A stretch of 24,219 nucleotides of DNA, from IMG/VR virus record IMGVR_UViG_3300027757_000029, positions 1 through 24,219 of that record. One strand, 5' to 3'. The translations under genes were made by a program, and so were the position numbers. This DNA comes from a virus. Taxonomy: Duplodnaviria > Caudoviricetes. Shown in pieces: positions 1-10,200 of the stretch (its first letter is position 1; every line of letters begins with the position of its first letter). The notes under the pieces were generated by a model. That model was not told the DNA's origin, did no database searches, and saw nothing but the letters and a program-made list of their open reading frames with translations.

Positions 1-2547
1 AAGTATAGTATAAGTACCTCCATTTTCTTGAATCGTTAAACGTGCAATAAGGAATCCTGTTCCTACAAAATCATTCGGTATATTGTAAATAGAACTACCC
101 TCTAAATCCAAAACTGCTTGGTCTCCATTATTATTTGGATATGCGGAAGAGGGTAAATTTACCATTAATTTACAGTCAGAAGCATCTTCACTAACAACTC
201 CCCAAACAACAAGGTTATAAAAATCTGTATTAGCACCTCCTAAAGTAACTCCGTTAGCATCTTTATTCAAACCATCTGTTTGTGCTAATCCCGAAGCCTT
301 AGTGTAAGATATATCCGGGTCATTCACAACATAAACTTCGCTTGTTGTTGCGGTGTTAAAAGAAGGATAATCATGCTCGTGAAGTTGTAAAATAGTACCC
401 GAAGATGTAGCTATGTTTAAAATATTTAAACCAACCGTAGGCGTTAAATCAACTCCTGTTTCCCATGTTGCGGGTTGTTTCCTTATCCATTCATTGATAT
501 GTGAAATATGCCCCATTTTATCCGTACCTGAAAGATGGTCTGTCCAGGCATGCATTTTCATTACCCCATCAGTTTGTGCCGAAGCATCACTTTGTAAAAA
601 TATTGTTGCAATTGGAACGTGTTCTGTTGCTGGAAATCCACTCGTTGATTTTGTTAACAGTTTAGTGCTTTCTAATAAATAAATATAATTTATCTGTGGA
701 GAAGCATCTGAACCCTCAGTAAGAATAATAGATTTTGCTGGACTTGTATCCCAAAGGTATTCTCCCGTTGAGAATATAGCAGTAATATCACCACCACCAA
801 CTTTTTCTATTGATAAGGTTGTATCAACTCCATTTGAAGCTACTACTATTGACGGACTCTCTTCAACCATTCCGTTAGTTAATCCTGTAACAAAATCAAG
901 GTCTTCATCACCCGTATTTGATCCGCTTAAATTACTAGCAGAAATACTTCCTGAAAAAGTACTAACACCATCTCTACGAATATTCAATAAAGAATTACCA
1001 AATCTACTAAAGACAAAAGCCGTTCCTGTTAATGTTTCAAAATCTGTATTATTATTTTCTCTAGAATCAAAGTAAAAATCACCACTTACGTTTGCGTTTG
1101 TGGATAATGCTCTTATTGTTAAAGCAGGTAAATTATCATTCGTTTTTGATGCAATAGTTGGAGATTCTCCACTCGATGATGTATTGGCAAAACGAATTGC
1201 TCCACTAGTTATTGTTGGCGTATTTAGATTAGAACCCGCAGATGGTTTAATATCCACAACTTTATCTGTTTGTGCCGTTGTTATTAATGCAGTTCCCTCA
1301 ATTCCTGTTCCTGTACCAATAACGAACTGTGAATCTGTTACAGAAACATCTACAGTCGCATAAGGAGTTGTTGTTCCATCATCTAGAAGAACATTTGTTC
1401 CTGATCCTCCTACATCTATGGAATTGGCTATTGTATTACCTAATCTATCTACAGTAAATGTGTTTGCTCCATTGCTTTGCCCCACAAAATTATATCCCGT
1501 AGCAGTAAGGTTTCCGTTAGAAACGATACCATCTCCACTTTGGTCATTTAATGAGTAAATACCAATGCCTGTTGAATTATTGGTAGAATGTACTCCTTGA
1601 CCTGTTGAATTATTAATAGTTTGAACTCCCTTATTGAAGCTATTATTTATAGCAAGTATGGCAGTAGAATTATCTGAAGGATTAAATGTATTTGACCCAC
1701 TAAAAGAATTGTTCCCTGCTAAGAAAACATCTCCTGAGGCTGAAATACCTTCTATCTTATCATAAATATCGTTTTGGGTAGCTGCTTTATTACTATTATC
1801 CCAAGTAGCATCATAAGGGTCAAATGCTAATCCTGTAATGTTTTGACCTGAAAGATAAATGCCTGACGAAAAAGATTGAGTAGCGGTCCAAGTGTTTCCA
1901 AGAGCCAAACCACCCTTGCCATCTAAGGCTGTTTGTAAATCTGTTTGGTCTAATAAAGTTCCCGTAATTCCTCCCCAAGAAATACTAGTTTCAGAAGGGT
2001 TCTCCCATTGAACATCATAATCTGCGTCAGTTGTCTTTACTAATATCTGCCCTGTAAGACCAAGTTTAGGTATAGAACCTTCAATATCCTCTAATAAAGC
2101 GATTGTTCCTGTTTTATCTTGGAATTCTTGAGCGTGATTATTTGTTAAAAATGGACTTTTGATATCTAAATTATAACCATCTCTTGAGAAATATATGTTT
2201 TCAGATAAGTAAGTTGCCTTTCTAAGCGTTCCCGTGTTATCAATTTGGATACTAGGAGTCGAAATACGTTGTATTACAATATTATTATCTGTTTCAGCAC
2301 TAATATCTGTAACTTGTTGAAGATTAGGTGTTGTCGCAATAGTTAAATCACTCCATGAAGTTCCATCATACTTTCTAAATTTACCTAATGTTTCATTCCA
2401 ATAAATATAACCTGCTTTAGCGTTCACAGGGTCTGATGCAGTTCCTGTTGGGTCTCCTAAAATAACACCATTAGAGTGTTTAGAAGGATTTTGTCCAAAA
2501 GACAGAAACGTAATAAATAATGCGATTAATAATAAGTACTTTTTCAT
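1..2547 (-). CDS. Tail fibre/adhesin-like protein with N-terminal Sec signal peptide (3' partial, at least 849 aa; absent from ORF track)
   Basis: Manual translation from ATG at 2547 stays open to position 1. It begins MKKYLLLIALLFTFLSFG|QNPSK and carries fibre-type motifs: GYIYWNETLGKFRKYDGTSW, TPNLQQVTD, DKTGTIALLEDI, GQILVKTTDADYDVQW, WGGITGTLLDQTDLQTALDGK, NLSGSNTGDE. It lies at the distal end of the tail operon. Confidence 0.85.
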   Translation of the reverse strand, partial: MKKYLLLIALFITFLSFGQNPSKHSNGVILGDPTGTASDPVNAKAGYIYWNETLGKFRKYDGTSWSDLTIATTPNLQQVTDISAETDNNIVIQRISTPSIQIDNTGTLRKATYLSENIYFSRDGYNLDIKSPFLTNNHAQEFQDKTGTIALLEDIEGSIPKLGLTGQILVKTTDADYDVQWENPSETSISWGGITGTLLDQTDLQTALDGKGGLALGNTWTATQSFSSGIYLSGQNITGLAFDPYDATWDNSNKAATQNDIYDKIEGISASGDVFLAGNNSFSGSNTFNPSDNSTAILAINNSFNKGVQTINNSTGQGVHSTNNSTGIGIYSLNDQSGDGIVSNGNLTATGYNFVGQSNGANTFTVDRLGNTIANSIDVGGSGTNVLLDDGTTTPYATVDVSVTDSQFVIGTGTGIEGTALITTAQTDKVVDIKPSAGSNLNTPTITSGAIRFANTSSSGESPTIASKTNDNLPALTIRALSTNANVSGDFYFDSRENNNTDFETLTGTAFVFSRFGNSLLNIRRDGVSTFSGSISASNLSGSNTGDEDLDFVTGLTNGMVEESPSIVVASNGVDTTLSIEKVGGGDITAIFSTGEYLWDTSPAKSIILTEGSDASPQINYIYLLESTKLLTKSTSGFPATEHVPIATIFLQSDASAQTDGVMKMHAWTDHLSGTDKMGHISHINEWIRKQPATWETGVDLTPTVGLNILNIATSSGTILQLHEHDYPSFNTATTSEVYVVNDPDISYTKASGLAQTDGLNKDANGVTLGGANTDFYNLVVWGVVSEDASDCKLMVNLPSSAYPNNNGDQAVLDLEGSSIYNIPNDFVGTGFLIARLTIQENGGTYTIL
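1520..1655 (-). repeat. 11-residue (33-nt) tandem repeat within the fibre gene
   Basis: Protein reads INNSFNKGVQT/INNSTGQGVHS/TNNSTGIGIYS/LNDQSGDGIVS. The DNA word cctgttgaattatt occurs at 1568 and 1601, 33 nt apart. Confidence 0.75.
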
Positions 2548-2550
2548 ATC

Positions 2551-2913
2551 TTAAGTTGTTATTGATTGATTTTGCTCATAACTTGTTTCTAAAGTAGCAT
2601 CTCCACCTAAATAAGTGTGACCAATTAAAGTTAAAGGGTCTCCGAGATTATCTATTTGTTTAAAATAGACGATATCATTTGCTTCTAAAATCGTATTATC
2701 AAAATTTGATGCATGTTTATCAACAAAACTACCATCTATCCACACCCACGGTGAAGAACTTGATATACTAGAAAGTCTTACCTTCTCTGCTCTTTTTGAT
2801 GTATTGTTCCAAATAATTGCCCAATCTGTTGATAATGGGTTTGCCGCAGTAGGCAAGTCCAAGATGGTTTTGCTCTCTGCTAAAATACTTAATATCTCGT
2901 CTATCTGTGCCAT
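2551..2913 (-). CDS. Small tail-fibre-associated/adaptor-like protein (120 aa)
   Basis: The N-terminal KTILDLPTAANPLSTD...KVRLSSI resembles the 'KIS(E/D)LP.A...D...K(V/I)...' docking segment of many phage fibres. Located between the tail-tip protein and the fibre gene. Confidence 0.55.
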   Translation of the reverse strand: MAQIDEILSILAESKTILDLPTAANPLSTDWAIIWNNTSKRAEKVRLSSISSSSPWVWIDGSFVDKHASNFDNTILEANDIVYFKQIDNLGDPLTLIGHTYLGGDATLETSYEQNQSITT

Positions 2914-2932
2914 AATGTAAATTTATGATTTT

Positions 2933-4993
2933 TTATTCAATAAATAATAGTCCTCTTGCAGAACTATCTAATGCTAAAGGAATACCGCTTCCAAGAAGTA
3001 TTTCTGTAGATGTTAAACCTAATTGTTTAGAATCAAAAACATAGTCTGTTTTAACTAAATTAGCCGATATTTTATATGTATTTGTGACCCCTACCGGGCT
3101 TGATTCTACCTCTCCTTCTAAAAGATAACTAACTCCATCTATGAAAAGTCTATTATGAGCAAGTATCAAGACAACCTTCTGTGCCATTGCGGTAGGTAAA
3201 GGCATTAGGTTTAGCTTGTAAAACTCACGAACCTTACTGTCTAGGTTTATAGTTCTAGTATCTGTAACATAAATCTCTTGTTCTGAATTTGGCTTCCATT
3301 GTAAATTAATCATATACTCCAATCTAACCGTGAAAATGATTCCTGTACCGTAATTAATCTCATTATTCCTTGTGCTATAGTATTTTATTTCATGATGTTT
3401 TTCTTGTATGTCTTGAACATTTATCCATTCAGAAATAAACTGCTTGTTTTCGGCTTTTGCATCCTCACAATCAACTAAAACATAGTAGTTCCCATTTAGG
3501 GAACTTAAGTCTAATGAAAACTCAAAACGATTGAAATCTGCTAAATTATAAGCACTTGTTATTATTACACTTTGCCCATCCACATAATTTAATGTGTTAT
3601 CAATGTTCACGGTAATATAATGAAACTGAAAAGTTTTTGTAGGTGGAACTAAAGAGTCTATTTTTCCCCATCCAAGTCCATCTATATTTATGTAGTCACC
3701 AACATTAATCCAATCCATTAAATATTCAAGAAGATTATAAGTGCCGTTTTCTAATAAAGTTTCGGGGTCATAAGTTTTACCTGATCCAAAATAAACCCCA
3801 ATACCACTACTCAAAGTTTTAATTTTACCATCTCGGACATCTCTGATATCCATATTATCTGTAGCCTGGACAATAGTCAAGTCTATTCCAGCAGTAACAT
3901 CCTCACCACATTCGATTAATTTAGCAGTTATAGAGTCGTAGTTGCTTTTTATTTGAGTTCTTACTGTATCGTTCTTCTGATAGCGTTGGATGAAGTCTCG
4001 CCTATTAAGAATCGTGTTCTCCTCATGAGAAAGGGTGTTGTTTACGTTTTTACTGATGCCATTAGTATCCCAAGCAACATTCTCTTTAAATCGAAGTGCA
4101 TTGGCATTACTGATTTCTATGATCGGGTCATAATCTACAAAGTTTACATCTGTAAATGTTTCAATTTCAAATGGAATAGATATTTGACTACCTAAATTAT
4201 CTCTAATCAATAAAGTATAAGAGCCTGCTTCAAGACCTGACCAAGAATTGGATGTTCCCCATTCGTCATCTCCTATTGAATATTCTATTTTTACTAAACT
4301 AGCGAACTTCAGCGGTTGTAGTTTGTTTACTATAAAAGTAGACCCGGAAGGGGTGATTATAGTTTCTAAGTCAAAATAGACAGATAATAATTGAGGAACT
4401 GATATAGTTTTTGTTGCAAACCACGTTTCACTATTTGTTACACTTATTAAAATATTATCTACTCTTGAGAATTCAAAATCAAAAGGGTTTGTTGTTACAA
4501 GTTCTTGTATTGGGCTAGTGATGTTATCAGCTAATTCGGTTGTTGTAACTTGAATTTTTACTGTTGTATCGATATTTCCAATTTCAGCAGGAAATATAGC
4601 AACATTTGTGATTCCGAGTAGAGGCTCAATAATTATATTCTCAGCAGTAATGGTTAAAGCCCCAGCAGTTGTATTGAGGTCTACAGAGAATTCAACAATA
4701 CTACTAGTACTTTTTATCTCTATGCTTGGTTGATTAATTGGAGTATCTCTAACTTTAGTTATTGTAAAATATCCTAATGTGTTTGAGTCTTTCTGAATAG
4801 CATCTATGATTCTATCAGCAAGGGGTAAAAGGAAAAAATCTATATCCTCTAATGCAACTTGGTTCTTTAATAACCTTTTTTCTTGGAAGGTCTCAAATAT
4901 AGGAACAGATATTCCTGAGGCAGTTATAGAGAAAGCAGTTCCTATAGCTGGAACTGAGTTTAATGTTAATGTTATTTTAGATGTTAGTGCCAT
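2933..4993 (-). CDS. Tail-tip/baseplate structural protein (686 aa) with one SprB-like Ig repeat
   Basis: Acidic, beta-rich, second gene after the tape measure. Contains YSIGDDEWGTSNSWSGLEAGSYTLLIRDNLG. Confidence 0.6.
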   Translation of the reverse strand: MALTSKITLTLNSVPAIGTAFSITASGISVPIFETFQEKRLLKNQVALEDIDFFLLPLADRIIDAIQKDSNTLGYFTITKVRDTPINQPSIEIKSTSSIVEFSVDLNTTAGALTITAENIIIEPLLGITNVAIFPAEIGNIDTTVKIQVTTTELADNITSPIQELVTTNPFDFEFSRVDNILISVTNSETWFATKTISVPQLLSVYFDLETIITPSGSTFIVNKLQPLKFASLVKIEYSIGDDEWGTSNSWSGLEAGSYTLLIRDNLGSQISIPFEIETFTDVNFVDYDPIIEISNANALRFKENVAWDTNGISKNVNNTLSHEENTILNRRDFIQRYQKNDTVRTQIKSNYDSITAKLIECGEDVTAGIDLTIVQATDNMDIRDVRDGKIKTLSSGIGVYFGSGKTYDPETLLENGTYNLLEYLMDWINVGDYINIDGLGWGKIDSLVPPTKTFQFHYITVNIDNTLNYVDGQSVIITSAYNLADFNRFEFSLDLSSLNGNYYVLVDCEDAKAENKQFISEWINVQDIQEKHHEIKYYSTRNNEINYGTGIIFTVRLEYMINLQWKPNSEQEIYVTDTRTINLDSKVREFYKLNLMPLPTAMAQKVVLILAHNRLFIDGVSYLLEGEVESSPVGVTNTYKISANLVKTDYVFDSKQLGLTSTEILLGSGIPLALDSSARGLLFIE

Positions 4994-4994
4994 T

Positions 4995-7277
4995 TTATAT
5001 TGCTTTTAATAGTTTCCACTTGCCCTCTTTATTAGGTTTAAGTTCAAATAGATAGCCATATTCGGTTAATCCTTTTTCATTTATAAATTTAACTCTTCCA
5101 AAGTAATTTGGAACGCTTTTTCCATTTATTTCTGTATAACCATACACTTGTTGGTTTACAAAAAAGTCAACTTCATAGTCAAATTCTATCCACTCATTTG
5201 CAAATTTAGACCTTTCTAAAGAAGAAATAAGGACATCGCCTCTCTCTTTAAGAATATCCTCATCTACCTTTTTTGTTTCAAGATAACTATTTCCAACACT
5301 ATTTGAGTGAGTAATTGATTCTTGTTGGAACTTTTTTAGCCCACTACCATAAAACCACTCATGTCTTTTACTTACCCTACTTGGTGTTAACCTTAAATTT
5401 GTGGCAGTCTCGGGTGAATAGACACCTATTGGTGCTGTTTCAAAATCATCAGCCCATTTCCTTTGCTCTAAAACATCTGTTTGAGATTCTTTTAAATCCA
5501 ATAAGAATACTGTTTTATCGTATCTTGTATCTTCTTCAGGAAAAGTTACCTTTTGTTTTCTCCTAGCGAACTCCATACCATAACTATCTGCTCTCGCAGG
5601 GCTTAGTTTTACGTATTTGTTATCAACTCTAGTTATTGGAGTTGAATAACTTGTTTTTGTATTGTACTCATCAAGACCTAAAGATTCTTCATATAAATTA
5701 TCCCCTTCAGGTTTTTTATAGCCAAACTCTAAAGTGGAGTAATAAAGTTCACTAGCAGTTTTTCTTGTTAAATTACTAACTTGTTCGGGTAGAACAATGG
5801 TGACTTCATTTTGGAAGAAGTAATTCATGTCTTCAAGGATCAGGTATTCTTCATCATCTTTCTCCTCGATGGAATATCCTGTGTTATGTATAGCGTTACT
5901 TGTTTCTAAAAAGTCTTTTAAACTCAACTCCATTTCCTTATCTAAGAACCCTCTAACCCAAAAACCTGAAGTTAATCCCGTGAAAGCATAATATCCATCT
6001 TCTTCATAGCCTAAATCATCTTTTCTGCCATAGAAATTGCTTTTAAACTTAAGTTTTTCACCTGTAATAATCTGCATTAATTTGTCTCCAACATCATGCA
6101 TCAAAGCAGTTTTACCTACTGTTGGGTCAAAATAACTTTCTTCTTCTATTTTTAGAGTTGTATTAACTTGTTGTGCATCAACTCTAACACCTGCGTTATT
6201 AGTATTTCTTAAATCAGCCCTCACCCATAGTTCAAAACAAAGACTTTCTCCCGGTTCAATCACTTCTGTTGCAATATATTCGCCTTTCATGGGATGGGTA
6301 AACTGAGGTTTTGCCCCATTAAAGTTCCCTACCATTTTAACTTCTGAAAGAATTGTGTCAGGAAACGTTGGTGCATCTGCGGTCTTTATTTCATGGATAA
6401 CCTTTCTGTCTTTGAATTGGAGAAGACCTTGTTCATTTGTATAGAATTTAGACAATGAAAGTCTGTAGAAACACCAATCGATATCTTCGTATTGCTGAAA
6501 TCGAGCGATAAAATCATATTTAAAATCTATTTTCAACTCTCTACGTTGGTCTGTTTTTAGGAAAAACATATTACCAGCACTTAAAGTATAAGTGATTCCT
6601 CCTTCTCCATCACCATCATTTCTTACCGGGGTAACACTTGTAGCCCAAGGCTCGTGGGATTGACCTATGATTTTTATGGGCAATGAATTTATATCACCTG
6701 AAGTCCTTCCTGTATTGTTATTTGCATTAACACGACTTATTGTCGAGCCTAAATCTCCTATTTCTTGATTACTACCTTCTGTATCCCAAGTTGTTATTAA
6801 ATAGATGTCTCTTCCTTTGAATTCAACATTTTTTTTAAGTAGTGCATCTATATTTTCATTCTTAACAGAAAGCAAACGGTCTAGTTCAAATTTCTCTGCC
6901 CTTTTGGATTTGATTATAGCATTCAGACCTCCTGTTTTAAACGGAACTTTTATTCCAAGAATAGTCTCTTCATATTCGCTAAAATCTAAAGTTCCTTTAC
7001 TATGACGATATTCTGTGTCTTCTTGAGGATGCATCCTCCATTCTTCCAAAACAACATTTGCCTCAATATCTCTATTAATCTTGGCTAATCTTAAGAAATC
7101 TGCCCCTTCCTCAAAGAATTCTAAGCCTTTAGACAACTCAGTAAAAACTCCATACGTTTTATCGCTTCGTTTTAAGGTTTTCTCGCTCTCATTCCACCCT
7201 TTAGGGTCGTTTTCAAGCCACAACTCCTTTTGTCTATCATTATCTATTAATCTGTATCTAACTCTTTGGTAAACCAT
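4995..7277 (-). CDS. Distal tail/baseplate hub-like structural protein (760 aa)
   Basis: Immediately follows the tape measure with a 1-nt overlap. Size and position are typical of Dit/Tal-type tail-tip proteins; assignment is by synteny. Confidence 0.6.
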   Translation of the reverse strand: MVYQRVRYRLIDNDRQKELWLENDPKGWNESEKTLKRSDKTYGVFTELSKGLEFFEEGADFLRLAKINRDIEANVVLEEWRMHPQEDTEYRHSKGTLDFSEYEETILGIKVPFKTGGLNAIIKSKRAEKFELDRLLSVKNENIDALLKKNVEFKGRDIYLITTWDTEGSNQEIGDLGSTISRVNANNNTGRTSGDINSLPIKIIGQSHEPWATSVTPVRNDGDGEGGITYTLSAGNMFFLKTDQRRELKIDFKYDFIARFQQYEDIDWCFYRLSLSKFYTNEQGLLQFKDRKVIHEIKTADAPTFPDTILSEVKMVGNFNGAKPQFTHPMKGEYIATEVIEPGESLCFELWVRADLRNTNNAGVRVDAQQVNTTLKIEEESYFDPTVGKTALMHDVGDKLMQIITGEKLKFKSNFYGRKDDLGYEEDGYYAFTGLTSGFWVRGFLDKEMELSLKDFLETSNAIHNTGYSIEEKDDEEYLILEDMNYFFQNEVTIVLPEQVSNLTRKTASELYYSTLEFGYKKPEGDNLYEESLGLDEYNTKTSYSTPITRVDNKYVKLSPARADSYGMEFARRKQKVTFPEEDTRYDKTVFLLDLKESQTDVLEQRKWADDFETAPIGVYSPETATNLRLTPSRVSKRHEWFYGSGLKKFQQESITHSNSVGNSYLETKKVDEDILKERGDVLISSLERSKFANEWIEFDYEVDFFVNQQVYGYTEINGKSVPNYFGRVKFINEKGLTEYGYLFELKPNKEGKWKLLKAI

Positions 7278-10200
7278 TATAAAGTATCGTTTTTAGAGAA
7301 TAAAAAGTTTAAATCATCTGCTACATTAATCTTTTGATTAAGTTTTACTGACATATTTTTTCTGTCCAATGCTTGTACCATCTTTTTTATTTCCATCGCC
7401 AAGAACTTATCTTGTGATTCGGCTTTCAAGTTATGGGTATTCATGTTCCAAACAGACCTTTGTATACTGTCTTTTGCTCCATAATCAAAGAAGTCCTCAT
7501 GAGACTTGTATATCTTATCACCCTGTTCAAGATACCTTAAGTTAGGAGCGTTTGCACCAAAACTTTTAATATTTCCATGTCTATCAGTATGAATTTCAGG
7601 TCTTTTCTCATCTACCAATGCCATTCCTCCTGGTGCATTCATTGTTCCTTTTTCAAATTTAGGAATAGGAGCGGCTAATACTGCGGCCATTTGACCTGCC
7701 CCTAAAGCACTAACAATACCTGTCAATAGACCTGCTGATATACCGAAATCAAATTTTGGAACTTCTGCCCAAATACCAAGTATTGCTTGAGCTGTTTTTA
7801 GACCTATTTGGAATACTGCAAATGCCTTTTCTGTTTTGGCTTGTTTAGTTCTTTCTGCTCTTTTCTTCTTTTCTAGCTGGGCTTCTTTTAAATCTCTTTC
7901 AGCCTCCATATCAGACCTTTGCTCTACAGATAGTGTTTCATCAGCTAAAGCCTCTGCATACTTGTCTTTGTTTCTCTGTATCTGTTCATCTATATTGTCG
8001 ATATTGTTTTGATGAATAGAAGACATAATATCTCCAACTACTGCACTAACGTTTCCTATTGTTCCAAGAATATCATCAGCACTTTTACCAAAACCATCTA
8101 CAACATCTAACATTAAAGTTTGTAAATTGTCTGCGTCGAGACCTAAAGAATCAGCAAGTATAGTGGATGCTTGACCTATTAGTTCTGTTCTGACTTTCAC
8201 AAAAGCTTCTCTTGCCGCTTTTTCTGTAGCTATATTTTCTAATTCATTGTCTAAGACCTGATCAGAGAGTGCCATCTTTGCATCGGCAAGCATTTTTTCT
8301 GCTTCTAACTTATCTTCTGCGCTCATGAAAGGGTCAGCATCAATAAGTTTTTGCCACATATCAATAGTATCCTTCAGAGTCTTTAATTGGATATCTCTCT
8401 TTATTTTGGCTATGTTCTTTTCGTGCTTTAGAGTTAATACTTCTAAACTGCTATTATAAGTTTTGACAGATATCTCTTTATTAGCAAGACTAAGCTGTAG
8501 AGCCTTTAATTCAGTTGCATATAAACCTTGAGCATTACTTATCTCTTCAACTTCCTCTGAATCTAAAGCTTTTTGGTCTTCAATAGACTTTTTCTTTTTA
8601 TCAAATTCAGATTTAAATATTTTATCAGTATTTTTTAATCCTTTTTGTTTAGCTTGTTCTTCATCTGCAACTTGTTTTTCAGCAATCTCCTGAGTTTTAG
8701 CTAAGAAAACTTTTAGAGCGTCTTCTTTTTCTTTAGTTGTCTTTTTAGCACTATCTTTATAATACTGCAACACGGCATCTGCCATTGCTACTTGATATTC
8801 TGCCTCATTTTTAGCAATAGTATTAGACGTTGTTTCAATATTGCGTCTTGCATCTATTTTCTCAAGAAATGTAGACTCATCGTTGTCTAATATTGCTTGA
8901 TTTGCAGAGATAATTACATTAAGCCTTATTTTTTCAGTCTTTGCTTGAGCAGTCAAAAGGTCTTGATTAGACTTTAAAGATGCACGAAGTCTTCTTTCTG
9001 CTTCATTCTCGGCTTTACTATCCGATGGTTCTCTCTTTTTCTTGAAGCTTTCACCTGTTATTTCTGTTATTTCTGTTTGTAGTTCTTTTATACTGTCTCT
9101 TAATTTTTTAACCTTCTCAACACCTTCTTTCTCTAGTGTGTCAAACCCTTTTTTACCAAATTCAGCAAGAGAATCTTCGGCTTTTTTTAGACTATCCCTT
9201 AAACCTGGTAGAATTTTAATATGGGTTTTAGTTTTATCTATAGCGTCTTGTGCCTCTTTTGCTTTCCTTGCCGCATAACCCTCAGGGTCTGCAAGTTGTT
9301 CTTGTTGGTCTTTAAGTGCTTTTGTCAGTCTCTCTGTTTCCAATTTAGCCTTTAAAGCTGACTGTTCCCATTTCAAATAAGCCTCTAACTTATCACCTTT
9401 AAGTAGTTCTCGTGTTTGATTTACACCATCACCAACTACGCTATTCAACTCACCAAAAGTTTTTATAACCTTACCTGCTCCTTTTACATAAGCCGCATTT
9501 CCTGCTTCAATCCATGCTAATTTTTCTGTTTGGTCTTCTAAAGACCCAAATAAGTCAACAGATGCGTTTTCTGCTCTAACTTTAGCTAATTGTCTTTCGT
9601 TATCGAGTAATTGCTTTAGAATACCTAAATTTATCTCTTGTGCAACACCATATTCATTCACAGAAACAATTACCTCGGGATACGCTTTTCCTATTTCAGC
9701 TACCACCTTATTATATTCCTTCTGTTCTTCAACAGTTTTATTAAGAATATAATGTAAATCCTCATATCTTCGCATAAGAATTGTTGTCTCATTAACAAGT
9801 TTAGACGAAGCAGATACCTGATCTAATGTCTCTTTGTGCAATGCGTTCAATTCTTCAGCCGTTTCTAATGTTGTTTTTCCAAAATCCCTCATAGATACAG
9901 CTACTACGGCTACAACAGCGATTAAAGCAAGTATTGGATTTGCTATCATTACTGCCCATAATTTCATGAAAGCACCTTTTAATATGTTTGTTGCAGTAGC
10001 AAGAATACCTGTTGAAGTTGTTTGAGCAGTTTTTGCACGAACATCATTCCAAGCGGCTACTATATTTGCTTTAACGTACCATAAATGTGTTGCTAATCCT
10101 CCATTTAATAAATATGTTTGAGCGACAAGTGCTAATTGTACAGTTTTTAAACCAACCCAAGCGGCTATTAAATAACCAACTCCTTTTACGATTAAAGGAA

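Noticed and set aside
1-2550. Apparent 2.5-kb gene-poor region suggesting non-coding DNA or stop-codon reassignment
   Set aside because: It is one uninterrupted minus-strand ORF lacking a stop inside the window. All other genes are intact under the standard code.
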